A stretch of 64,000 bases of DNA from Clostridium thermobutyricum (GTDB lineage Bacteria > Bacillota > Clostridia > Ch29): positions 13,998 through 77,997 of the forward strand of contig JAENYX010000010.1 of NCBI GenBank assembly GCA_016841565.1, written 5' to 3'. Position 1 is the stretch's first letter, and every line of letters starts with the position of its first letter. Position numbers and translations under genes: made by a program. The notes beneath the pieces are model-generated. The model was given only the letters and a program-made list of their open reading frames with translations. It was not told where the DNA came from and did no database searches. Positions 1-8,991 of this stretch are shown in pieces.

Positions 1-327
1 CTTCTGCCCCGACCTGAGGGTTGAATGAACAAACCTTGTCGGCATATCCCCGGCAGTATCTGACTGGGATGGAGTCTCTTTGCCTGAGAGAGGTCTCTTC
101 ACTTTTATACCGTACTTACTCTCAAGAATTTCTTCCAATATGTCTTCTTCAATTTGGTCCAAGGTCAAGCCGTATACGCCTGCCAGATATGCCCCCGAAA
201 AGAAATCCCCTGCATTGCTCAGCTTTTCTTCCATCGTTTCCAGAAATTCCTCAAAACTGCCAATCCCCCTGCATATTGCATACAACCCGTTTTTCAAGCC
301 TTTGAATTCCAAGCTGATCTCCCGCAT
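1..327 (-). CDS. minC: Septum site-determining protein MinC, N-terminal part (runs off the window start)
   Basis: Not in the ORF track. Manual translation from ATG 327 gives MREISLEFKGLKNG...FVHSTLRSGQK; the EFKG start and TLRSGQ motif are typical of MinC. SD GGAGG upstream; expected position after mrdA. Confidence 0.88.
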   Translation of the reverse strand, partial: MREISLEFKGLKNGLYAICRGIGSFEEFLETMEEKLSNAGDFFSGAYLAGVYGLTLDQIEEDILEEILESKYGIKVKRPLSGKETPSQSDTAGDMPTRFVHSTLRSGQK

Positions 328-391
328 ATCGTGCCCATACCTCCGTTTATAATTCTTCACCAAACCCGTAATTCCTGCTGCTTTTTATTTG

Positions 392-2641
392 TTATCTGAC
401 AAGAGCGTTTCCGGTTTGCATTTCCACCCCTTCATTGTTAACCTTCAAATACTCCTCGAACATGGCCTTTGCAACGGGAGCCGAATAATTGCCCGAACCT
501 CCCTGGAAGATTACCACCGCAACAGCAATCTGCGGATTGTCATAGGGGGCAAAACCTGCAAACCATGCATATCCGTCATAGCCCGGGTTCTGTGCGGTAC
601 CGGTTTTCCCCGCAATATCCACCTTGGCATCAATAAATGCGTAGCCGGCGGTACCACCGGGTTTTGTTACCGCCTGCATGCCATCAAATACAGCCTTCAG
701 GTTGTCCGGAGATATATCAATCTTCCCCAGCACTTGCGGCTGGATATTCTCATACTCGCCTGTTTGCTGGTTGTATATTTTTTTAACCAGATGCGGCTTG
801 TACCTTGTTCCGCCGTTTGCAATGGAAGCTACATAATTGGCCATCTGGAGGGGTGTATACATATGCTCTCCCTGGCCTATAGCCGCGCTCAGGGTTTGGC
901 CGGCGGTCCATTTGCTGGCATTAATAAAACTGATAAGCTTATTAATATAGTCAATATTGCTTATTCCCAAATCTTCCAAAGCCCTTCGCATCTGTGTCCA
1001 TGTATCAAACTGAATATTTGTGAGATCAAATACCTTTTCTATTGTAGCGGTGTCCTGAATGCCCATGGTCTCGGTCATGTACCTTTTAATTACGTTCCTC
1101 CATACCTCGGTCTTATAAGTGGGCCCTGCAATCACACCCGCCGCTTCACCGGGCAGTTCAATGCCTGTTCTCTGCCCCAATCCGAATTTCCCTGCATACT
1201 CTTCAAGCTTATCAATACCCAAAAGGCGGCTTACTTCGTAAAAAAAGTAATTGCACGAATCCCTTATGGCATCAACAACAGTCTCGGAACCATGGGTGGT
1301 CCACTGTTGATTCCATATCCAACATGCCGGGCTTGCTCCGGGTATAACCCTGTAAACTCCCTTGTCCACTATTGTTGTTTCTAAATCTATTACGTTTTCC
1401 TCAAGCGCCGCAATGGCAGTTACCATCTTAAAGGTAGAACCCGGCGGTATGGCAGCCTGAATCGCATTGTTATACAGGGGACGCGGCTCCATTGGATCGT
1501 TGGATTGAGGGTTCAGCAAACTCCAGTCCTCTGTTGAAATACCGTTTGAGAAAAGGTTGGGGTCATAGGCCGGATAGCTTGCCAGTGCAAGCACTTCTCC
1601 CGTATTAACATCCAATGCCACTGCCGCCCCCGATCTGGCATTCGGATATTCCGTCCCCAACTGACCGGTTTGTATTTTTTCCAGTGTTTCTGCCAGAGCC
1701 TTTTCAGTGGTTTGCTGCAACCGGGAATCCAGGCTGAGAAACACACTATTACCCGGTATCGGAGGTCTTTGCCCCAGCGTACTGATAAGCCTGCCGACAG
1801 AGTTAACCTCTACCTGCTTGGCCCCACTGGTTCCTTTCAGCTCTTCTTCAAGAACCCTTTCCAGACCTGCCTTGCCTATTATGTCGTTTTGGGTATATCC
1901 TTTATCGGCGAGACCTTCCAATTCCTGCTGGTTTATGCTTCCAAGATATCCCATAACGTGGGCGGCAAGGCTGCCTTCCTTGTAATGCCTGACAGGTTTG
2001 ACCTCCACGTTGACACCCGGCAGATCCAGATGTCTTTCTTCTATTTGCGCCACCGTTACCATGGACACATCTCTTGCTATCTCCAACGGCTGATAGGCAA
2101 GATAACTCTGCTGTCCAATTTTTTGCAGTATTGCAAGCACCTTTATAGCCATATGGACGGGCATATCAGGGGATACTCCGTTTTTTTCCCTTAGAAACTT
2201 AAGCGCCTGATCGGCCTTATATTCCTGGGGTATTTTATAAGTTTTCTTCCATTTCTGCTCTTCTTCCTGGCTGTTAAATACCATTCGGACAGGGTTATCG
2301 GAAATAGGAAACTCTACTCTAATGTGCTCCCCGTTTCTGTCCAGTATTCTGACCAGCTGCTGCGCAACCTCGCTAATTCTCTCCTGTACCAGCTCGGTTT
2401 TGACTATTTCCACCACATAGCCCGGCCGGCTGCCGGCAATCTCTCTGCCGTACCGGTCAAGAAACTGCCCTCTTGGAGCTTCCACTTCAATTCGTCTTAT
2501 CCTCTTATTCTCCGAAAGGTCGCTGTAGTATTCTCCGTTGACGATCTGGAGCTGTATCAGCCTGAAAACCAAAGTTATGGCAATAAGCGCCAGCAAAAGC
2601 GCTATCACATTGTTTCTGTCCTGCAGTCTTTTCCAGATCAT
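392..2641 (-). CDS. mrdA: Penicillin-binding protein 2 (class B transpeptidase of the elongasome)
   Basis: N-terminal TM helix, APRG..DR.G dimerisation-domain motif, catalytic STFK, SCN and KTGT motifs; follows mreD. Start set at ATG 2641 (track GTG 2647). Confidence 0.93.
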   Translation of the reverse strand: MIWKRLQDRNNVIALLLALIAITLVFRLIQLQIVNGEYYSDLSENKRIRRIEVEAPRGQFLDRYGREIAGSRPGYVVEIVKTELVQERISEVAQQLVRILDRNGEHIRVEFPISDNPVRMVFNSQEEEQKWKKTYKIPQEYKADQALKFLREKNGVSPDMPVHMAIKVLAILQKIGQQSYLAYQPLEIARDVSMVTVAQIEERHLDLPGVNVEVKPVRHYKEGSLAAHVMGYLGSINQQELEGLADKGYTQNDIIGKAGLERVLEEELKGTSGAKQVEVNSVGRLISTLGQRPPIPGNSVFLSLDSRLQQTTEKALAETLEKIQTGQLGTEYPNARSGAAVALDVNTGEVLALASYPAYDPNLFSNGISTEDWSLLNPQSNDPMEPRPLYNNAIQAAIPPGSTFKMVTAIAALEENVIDLETTIVDKGVYRVIPGASPACWIWNQQWTTHGSETVVDAIRDSCNYFFYEVSRLLGIDKLEEYAGKFGLGQRTGIELPGEAAGVIAGPTYKTEVWRNVIKRYMTETMGIQDTATIEKVFDLTNIQFDTWTQMRRALEDLGISNIDYINKLISFINASKWTAGQTLSAAIGQGEHMYTPLQMANYVASIANGGTRYKPHLVKKIYNQQTGEYENIQPQVLGKIDISPDNLKAVFDGMQAVTKPGGTAGYAFIDAKVDIAGKTGTAQNPGYDGYAWFAGFAPYDNPQIAVAVVIFQGGSGNYSAPVAKAMFEEYLKVNNEGVEMQTGNALVR

Positions 2642-2656
2642 ACCCACACCGCCTTT

Positions 2657-3178
2657 TTAATACCTTTTCTTCTTATTTAGCTTTAGTCTGTTCCAAGCAA
2701 GTCTTTTATTGTATGCCAGGTACAGTATTCTGTAAACAACAATTGATATAATACAATTATATATCAACTCAATAAATAAGTATTGCTGTATGTATTTCAA
2801 TACAGGGGTTTGAATGCCTAACGCATAATTAAAGAAAATACTTATGAAATACTTAAGCAGTGTTGCCCCGGCAGTAAACACCATAGGCACCACCAGGTTC
2901 TCCTTAAATACCTTGTCGCTGTTTTGGCCGACAAGATAGCCTGTAAGCATGTACGACAGGGTTATTATGCCCAAAGGTTTGCCGAACAGGATATCCTGCA
3001 GCATCCCGGCAGCTGCGCCGATAATTGCGCCCCGCTCCTTTCCCAAAAATGTACTAAGAGCAATGACAATAACAATTGCAGAATCCGGCTTTACTCCCAG
3101 CAGGTCAATATATTGAAATACCGTAGATTGAAGTATAAGGTTTATGACCAGTATTAATGCAACAATCCACCCGCTCAA
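2657..3178 (-). CDS. mreD: Rod shape-determining protein MreD
   Basis: Hydrophobic 173 aa, VKPD and G.LQD motifs, between mreC and mrdA. Confidence 0.92.
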   Translation of the reverse strand: MSGWIVALILVINLILQSTVFQYIDLLGVKPDSAIVIVIALSTFLGKERGAIIGAAAGMLQDILFGKPLGIITLSYMLTGYLVGQNSDKVFKENLVVPMVFTAGATLLKYFISIFFNYALGIQTPVLKYIQQYLFIELIYNCIISIVVYRILYLAYNKRLAWNRLKLNKKKRY

Positions 3179-4020
3179 TTTATTATCTCCCCTCCAAAGG
3201 GAAGACCTTCGGTATATTTCAATACAAAGACTTCCTCCACTTTATTAAAGTCTACGGCAGGCTCCACCTTAATATCTTTTAATAACTGGCCGTCTCCGGT
3301 TCTTATCTGGGTTATCTTGCCCACAAACAGGCCCTTAGGGTAAATACCGCCCATTCCCGATGTAACAACATCGTCACCTTCAACAACCGCTGCTTCGGGG
3401 GAAATTGAACCGGTAAGCTCGAAACTGATATCCCCCTTTAGAATCCCTGTATCTCTGGTTCTATTTATCAAAATGCTGACCGAGCTCCTCTGGTCATTGA
3501 GGGGCAGCACCTTAGCCCAGTTGCTTCCTACCTCTATCACCTGGCCTACCAATCCTTCGCTGGTTACTATCGGCATGTTCTTAACAATACCACCCCCTGA
3601 GCCTTTATCGATAATGAAGATGCTGGAAGTGTTATCCGGGCTTTTGCCCACCACACTGCATCCTATTAAATCAAACTCAGAATGGGTATCCTTAAAATCC
3701 AACATTTCTCTCAGCCTTTGGTTCTCCTGTATCAGTGCCTCCACTTCCCTGACCTGGGCGCGCAAAGTTATTATTTGCTGATTGAGCATACGATTGGTAT
3801 CCCTGAGGCTGCCAATTTCGGCTATGTCTGTTACCGAACTGCGCACGGAATTTACTATGGCTGTCACAGCTCCTGTTGCGGGTTTTATTATGCTCCCGAT
3901 AAGGCTTTCGGGCCCCGATATCCAACCCCTGTCGGTAGAGGTAACAGCAATAATAACAATAATAATGATAGCCGCAGCCGCTACCATTATTATTGACCTG
4001 TTTTTATATAGTTTGGACAT
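3175..4020 (-). CDS. mreC: Rod shape-determining protein MreC
   Basis: N-terminal TM helix, coiled coil (ENQRLREML), GLVG.V and VVTSG.GG.YP.G..VG motifs. Confidence 0.95.
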   Translation of the reverse strand: MSKLYKNRSIIMVAAAAIIIIVIIAVTSTDRGWISGPESLIGSIIKPATGAVTAIVNSVRSSVTDIAEIGSLRDTNRMLNQQIITLRAQVREVEALIQENQRLREMLDFKDTHSEFDLIGCSVVGKSPDNTSSIFIIDKGSGGGIVKNMPIVTSEGLVGQVIEVGSNWAKVLPLNDQRSSVSILINRTRDTGILKGDISFELTGSISPEAAVVEGDDVVTSGMGGIYPKGLFVGKITQIRTGDGQLLKDIKVEPAVDFNKVEEVFVLKYTEGLPFGGEIIN

Positions 4021-4036
4021 TGCTCCCCCCCTCTTC

Positions 4037-5068
4037 TCACTTTCTTTTCTTAGTAGAAACCAACACCCTTTTCAACAGGTGCAATTCTTCCAGGGCTTTG
4101 CCCGTACCCATAACAACACAGTCAAGAGGGCTTTCTGCAATATTGACAGGCATGCCGGTTTCATCTTTCACCCTTTTATCAAGTCCTTTAAGAAGTGCTC
4201 CTCCGCCGGTTAGTACCAAACCTCTATCCATAATATCGGCAGCCAGCTCTGGAGGAGTCTTCTCCAAAGTGAACTTAATTGCTTCCAATATACTGTTTAC
4301 CGGTTCAGCTATGGCTTCCCTGATTTCTTCGGATGAAACTTTAACGGTTTTAGGCAGTCCTGTGACCAGATCCCGGCCCTTGACTTCCATATAACTCTCG
4401 TCTTTGCTCGGAAAAGCCGAACCTATGGTTAACTTGACCTCTTCGGCGGTTCTTTCTCCAACAAGAAGATTATATTGTCTCTTTACATACTGAATAATGG
4501 ACTCATCCAATTCGTCTCCGGCTATCCGTATTGATCTGCTGGTTACTATACCTCCAAGGGATATTATTGCAACCTCGGTTGTTCCTCCGCCAATATCCAC
4601 CACCATACTACCCCTTGGTTCGGCAACGGGTAATTCCGAGCCAATAGCAGCAGCCATAGGCTCCTCTATAAGGAAGGCTTCCTTGGCGCCGGCCTGTTCG
4701 GAGGCTTCCTCCACAGCTCTTCTTTCAACCTCTGTAACCCCCGAAGGTACGCACACGATAACCCTGGGTTTGAATATAGATGGCTTCGGATATGCCTTCT
4801 TGATAAAATGCCTTAACATGCTCTGGGTTATTTCAAAATCAGCGATTACTCCATCCTTCATAGGTCTTATTGCTATTATATTACCGGGTGTTCTGCCAAT
4901 CATATCCTTGGCTTCCCTGCCCACCGCAAGTACCTCTCTAGTCTCACTCTGTATAGCAACCACAGACGGCTCCCTCACAATAATTCCCTTACCCTTTACA
5001 TAGACTAGTGTATTGGCTGTTCCTAAATCTATCCCCATGTCCCTGGAGAAAATACTGAATAATCCCAT
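4037..5068 (-). CDS. mreB: Rod shape-determining protein MreB
   Basis: [24 protein letters not shown] and EPMAAAIG motifs; ATG 5068 has SD AAGGAG. Confidence 0.97.
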   Translation of the reverse strand: MGLFSIFSRDMGIDLGTANTLVYVKGKGIIVREPSVVAIQSETREVLAVGREAKDMIGRTPGNIIAIRPMKDGVIADFEITQSMLRHFIKKAYPKPSIFKPRVIVCVPSGVTEVERRAVEEASEQAGAKEAFLIEEPMAAAIGSELPVAEPRGSMVVDIGGGTTEVAIISLGGIVTSRSIRIAGDELDESIIQYVKRQYNLLVGERTAEEVKLTIGSAFPSKDESYMEVKGRDLVTGLPKTVKVSSEEIREAIAEPVNSILEAIKFTLEKTPPELAADIMDRGLVLTGGGALLKGLDKRVKDETGMPVNIAESPLDCVVMGTGKALEELHLLKRVLVSTKKRK

Positions 5069-5110
5069 GTACAATGCTCCTTCCTATACTTTTGTCAGCT
5101 AGATAAAATA

Positions 5111-5815
5111 TTAGAATAAACCCTTTTCTTTTAAACTACTGTATCTTCCATCCCCAATAATTATGTGATCCAATACATCGATTCCTATTATTTCCCCTGC
5201 CTCATAAATTCTTTTGGTTATGTTTATGTCCTCCTGACTTGGGGTGGGGTCTCCACTGGGATGATTGTGTATCAGTATAATGGCTGCAGCCGACCTTTTT
5301 ATTGGCAATTTAAAGATTTCTCTGGGATGTACCACCGAGGCACTAAGACTTCCTATTGATACTGCTTCGGTTGATATCAGCCGGTTTTTTACGTTGAGCA
5401 GCATTATTCTGAAGTGTTCCTTTTTCAAGTACCTCATCTCCTGCATGACATGAAGGGCCGCATCCCCGGGAACCTTTATTACTACCTCTTTGTCCTCTGC
5501 AGTCAAGTTAATCCTTCTTGCCAGTTCTGCCGCTGCAATAAGTTTACATGCCTTTGCAGCGCCCATTCCCCTGTATTGGCTTAACTCTTCCACCGTCATA
5601 TCCAGAAGTGCTTTTAATCCTCCTTCTCCATTTATACTGTTAAGCAGCTTGGCAGCCAAATCAATAGCAGTTTCGCGGCAGCTGCCGGTACCCAGTATTA
5701 TGGCCAGTATTTCAACATCTGTAAGACCTATAGCTCCAAGCCTGTTTAGTTTTTCTCTGGGTCTCTCGGTCGAAGGCATCTCCTTGATGGTAAGGTGGTA
5801 CCTCGTATTTTCCAT
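5111..5815 (-). CDS. radC: RadC family JAB-domain protein
   Basis: ERPREKL, VHPREIF and HNHPSGDPTPS.ED motifs. Confidence 0.95.
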   Translation of the reverse strand: MENTRYHLTIKEMPSTERPREKLNRLGAIGLTDVEILAIILGTGSCRETAIDLAAKLLNSINGEGGLKALLDMTVEELSQYRGMGAAKACKLIAAAELARRINLTAEDKEVVIKVPGDAALHVMQEMRYLKKEHFRIMLLNVKNRLISTEAVSIGSLSASVVHPREIFKLPIKRSAAAIILIHNHPSGDPTPSQEDINITKRIYEAGEIIGIDVLDHIIIGDGRYSSLKEKGLF

Positions 5816-5827
5816 CCAACACCCATC

Positions 5828-6409
5828 CTATTCAAACAAATCTATACCCATGGAGCGCAGCATACTATCCAGTTTTGTCACAGGAAGGCCAACTACATTG
5901 AAATAGCACCCGTTTATACTGTCAATAAACACCGACGCCTTTCCCTGGATCGCATAGGCTCCGGCCTTGTCATAGGGCTCTCCGGTGGCCACATACTTTC
6001 GAATTCTATCGGGAGAAATGCTTTTCATCCTTACAATAGTTGTCTGATAATCGGTCAGTTCAGCCCCGTTGGTGTTGTCGGCCGCTGCAATTCCGGTGAT
6101 AACAGCATGCTCTTTCCCGGACAGCTTTCTTATCATTTCTGCGGCCTGTCTCGCGTCTGCCGGTTTGCCCATAATCTCCCTATCTAAAACCACTATGGTG
6201 TCGGCCCCTATAACAACGGCGGGAAAGTCTATTCTTGCTATTACGTCCCTTGCCTTTTGTAGAGCCATCAGCACCGCAGCTTGTCCCGGCAAACACCCCT
6301 TCGGGAATGTCTCGTCTGCATGGCTTTGCATTACCTGGAATTCCACGCCCAACTGTCTTAATATCTCCTGCCTCCTGGGCGAGCCCGACGCCAGCACCAG
6401 CCTTTTCAT
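5828..6409 (-). CDS. maf: Maf nucleoside triphosphate pyrophosphatase
   Basis: LASGSPRR, GADT.V, DKAGAY.IQG and NVVGLP motifs. Confidence 0.95.
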   Translation of the reverse strand: MKRLVLASGSPRRQEILRQLGVEFQVMQSHADETFPKGCLPGQAAVLMALQKARDVIARIDFPAVVIGADTIVVLDREIMGKPADARQAAEMIRKLSGKEHAVITGIAAADNTNGAELTDYQTTIVRMKSISPDRIRKYVATGEPYDKAGAYAIQGKASVFIDSINGCYFNVVGLPVTKLDSMLRSMGIDLFE

Positions 6410-6426
6410 CCAATCACCTGCCAGCG

Positions 6427-6678
6427 CTATATTCTTTGAAACATTATTACTGCAAGCATAAGTCCAATCACTCCTGCAACATTGATGTTTATTACAAAAC
6501 CAAAGACAAGGGAAAGTATCCCTAAATCAAGAAAAAGCGGTTCTTTGATTCCTATTGGAAAGTTGTGCTGCAAAAATGGGAAAAACTGACCCAAATACTG
6601 TCCTAAAAATCCACCAATTATCGCGCCAGTCAACAGGAGCAATACCAGTACCCACGGATTCCTTGTTTTGATTCTCAC
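6427..6678 (-). CDS. Small membrane protein, DUF4321-like
   Basis: Hydrophobic helices with GG..G and LDLG.L...FG patterns; GTG 6678 has SD GGAGGAG; usual neighbour of maf in Firmicutes. Confidence 0.75.
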   Translation of the reverse strand: MRIKTRNPWVLVLLLLTGAIIGGFLGQYLGQFFPFLQHNFPIGIKEPLFLDLGILSLVFGFVININVAGVIGLMLAVIMFQRI

Positions 6679-6706
6679 TACTACTCCTCCTTCAGTTTTT
6701 GTCCTC

Positions 6707-7078
6707 TCAATAAGCGATATCATCGATTTCTGTATCTTGTCCTACTATTTTTATATACACCCTGTTAGGCATGCAGACCGTCATCTGATTAACCCTGCTA
6801 ATCCAGCCTTCCTTTACACATATCTTGTCAGGACAGGTGGAATCCTTTATTCTAATTCTATTGTTGCCTACTTCTATTGTATTATAACCGCGGGAGGAAG
6901 CAACAGTGAATTCCCTGGGGCTGGCGCCCTCAAGCTCTATCCTGCTGTGCTCCTTGCCATCCACCATAACAATGGCATAATTCCCATGGCGGGAATCCAT
7001 AATCATTGTTGTATAATAGATTCCAAATACAGCTGCGGCAATTATCAAAAAAATCAATATTTTATCGTATCTGGTCAT
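6707..7078 (-). CDS. NusG domain II-containing protein
   Basis: N-terminal TM helix; CPDK.C...GWI and VC.PN motifs. Confidence 0.85.
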   Translation of the reverse strand: MTRYDKILIFLIIAAAVFGIYYTTMIMDSRHGNYAIVMVDGKEHSRIELEGASPREFTVASSRGYNTIEVGNNRIRIKDSTCPDKICVKEGWISRVNQMTVCMPNRVYIKIVGQDTEIDDIAY

Positions 7079-7240
7079 ATCATCTTCTCTTTCCGGCCGT
7101 AGTAACACCCCTGCTTTTCCTAGTTTATCATTTTGCTTTTTTCAATACAAGCTACAGAAACAGGAATTTTTGAATCCTTTTATGTTACCATTTTATATTT
7201 ACACTTTCCACCGGTTTATCTCTTAATGGACTTCTTGCTA

Positions 7241-7272
7241 AAAATAGAGATGGGAAACCCCATCTCTATTTT
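7241..7272 (-). terminator. Intrinsic terminator overlapping the hydrolase stop codon
   Basis: AAAATAGAGATGGG-AAAC-CCCATCTCTATTTT, perfect 14-bp stem. Confidence 0.8.
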
Positions 7273-7904
7273 GCAAAGTAATGATTCCCTATTTTTTTGA
7301 CTATCTGTCTCGACCAGATCCAGCTTGAGGTGGCTGTGTTGGGATTGAAATAATAAATGCCCCCGCCTGAAGCATCCCAGCCCTTAAGCGCATTATCAGC
7401 CGCTTTGTACGCAGTATCGTCTGGCTGCATATAGAACTGCCCGTTCTGTACCGGGGTAAAGGCTCCCGGTTGGTATAACACGCCGGCTACGGTATTGGGA
7501 AACCTGCTGTCCCTGACCCTGTTCAGTATAACCGATGCTACCGCTACCTGTCCCTCGAAGGGCTCGCCTCTTGATTCCGCATATACCATCTTAGCCAGTA
7601 GATCTATGTCATTTGTGGAAGCTTTTTGAACGTACGTACTCGGACCCCTCGATGTGGCTGCCTGAGGCCAGGTAATAACCAATTTTTGATTTGGGTATAT
7701 AGCGTTGTTCCAATGGTTATTTGCCCTTTTAATCTCGTTCACAGTTGTTCCGTACCATTGGGATATTTTCCACAAGGTATCCCCCCGGCTTACCGTGTGA
7801 ACGGTAGAAGCCTGGGCTGTAAAGGGAACCGCTGCAACAATCATAACAACCAATGCCAACATAATCATCATTCTATTTAGTTTTTTGATATACTTCCCCT
7901 GCAT
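7266..7904 (-). CDS. LysM-containing cell wall hydrolase (SleB/Hydrolase_2 family)
   Basis: Signal peptide, LysM (HTVSRGDTLWKIS), catalytic AESRGEP...VILNRV...AF motifs. Confidence 0.88.
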   Translation of the reverse strand: MQGKYIKKLNRMMIMLALVVMIVAAVPFTAQASTVHTVSRGDTLWKISQWYGTTVNEIKRANNHWNNAIYPNQKLVITWPQAATSRGPSTYVQKASTNDIDLLAKMVYAESRGEPFEGQVAVASVILNRVRDSRFPNTVAGVLYQPGAFTPVQNGQFYMQPDDTAYKAADNALKGWDASGGGIYYFNPNTATSSWIWSRQIVKKIGNHYFAK

Positions 7905-7981
7905 ACTATCCCTCCCTCATTTGAGTATGTGTGTATTATACAACAGGAGAGGGTCAGAGTCAGTAGGTATATGTTTACATA

Positions 7982-8007
7982 AAAAACCCGTCAATTGACG
8001 GGTTTTT
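7982..8007 (-). terminator. 26-bp perfect palindrome acting as terminator at the pdaB stop
   Basis: AAAAACCCGTCAATTGACGGGTTTTT. Confidence 0.75.
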
Positions 8008-8761
8008 GTCTTCCGGTGTGGTCAATATAATAGTCGGATTTGATTATTAATTCGGAAACTGGTACTATCTTGTAGCCTTCTTTAATAAGCCGGTCAAGTA
8101 TGATTGGCAGAAAATCGGCCACATATTTGGCATTATTGTGGAACAGTATTATTGAGCCCTTGTTTACTTTCTTTAATACCCTGTCTACCACAGGCTCTAC
8201 GCCAAACTCTTTCCAGTCCAGGGAATCCACATCCCACTGTATGCTGTAATAGCCCAACTCCTGTGCCGTCTCTATTACTTTATTGTTATAATCACCAAAG
8301 GGCGGCCTGAAGAGTATAGGGGCTTTTCCGGTAACAGCCTTTATCTTTTCCGACGTGGTTTGCAGTTCCTTTTTTATTTCATCAACCGTAAGCTTTGACA
8401 TTTGGGGGTGGGTAGTCGAATGGTTCCCAATTTCGTGACCCCTTCTGTGAATCTCCTCCAGCACATCCCCATACTTATCTACCCAAAAGCCTACCAGAAA
8501 GAAAGTGGTTTTTACATTGTACTCATCCAGTATGTCAAGTATCCGGGGTGTGTACTGATCACCATAAGCTGCATCAAAGCTTATTGCAATTGTTTTGTGT
8601 TCTGTCTCAACACTATATATGGGTAGTCTTTTATCGTTGTTGAACAGCACCGATAATACTCCGGGAGTATAGCCTTGAGTATAAACTACCGAAACCAGAA
8701 CCAGTATTAGAACCAGCAAAAGCTGTTTGAACATACTCTTCCTTATGAGAAGTATTCTCAT
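7991..8761 (-). CDS. pdaB: Polysaccharide deacetylase, sporulation protein PdaB-like
   Basis: N-terminal TM helix, LPIYSV, ISFDAA.G, GNHS.TH, FRPPFG and ILFH NodB motifs. Confidence 0.85.
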   Translation of the reverse strand: MRILLIRKSMFKQLLLVLILVLVSVVYTQGYTPGVLSVLFNNDKRLPIYSVETEHKTIAISFDAAYGDQYTPRILDILDEYNVKTTFFLVGFWVDKYGDVLEEIHRRGHEIGNHSTTHPQMSKLTVDEIKKELQTTSEKIKAVTGKAPILFRPPFGDYNNKVIETAQELGYYSIQWDVDSLDWKEFGVEPVVDRVLKKVNKGSIILFHNNAKYVADFLPIILDRLIKEGYKIVPVSELIIKSDYYIDHTGRQKPVN

Positions 8762-8854
8762 CTACCCAGCCCCCAAAATAATATTGTTCCTATATATATT
8801 TATTCTTTTACACCAACTATATTACACAAATATCGACAGCTTGTTTCATACCGT

Positions 8855-8885
8855 AAAAAGGGTCTCCCCGTGTTGGGAAGACCCT
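8855..8885 (-). terminator. Terminator downstream of the 1423-aa SLH protein
   Basis: AGGGTCT.CCC/GGG.AGACCCT stem followed by T5 on the minus strand. Confidence 0.75.
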
Positions 8886-8991
8886 GTGGCTTTACGTCCT
8901 CTGTCTTTAAACAGATTTGCCCTTATCATGTAATAATTAATTTGCTGTTTACAGCCAAAACATAAATGCCAGTGTGTCTCATGACTTCCTT

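Noticed and set aside
389-1384. 331-aa plus-strand ORF, and similar long antisense ORFs (e.g. 27114-27893, 48856-49677, 43751-44332, 41192-41773)
   Set aside because: They lie opposite well-supported genes, lack SDs and recognisable motifs, and are typical shadow frames.
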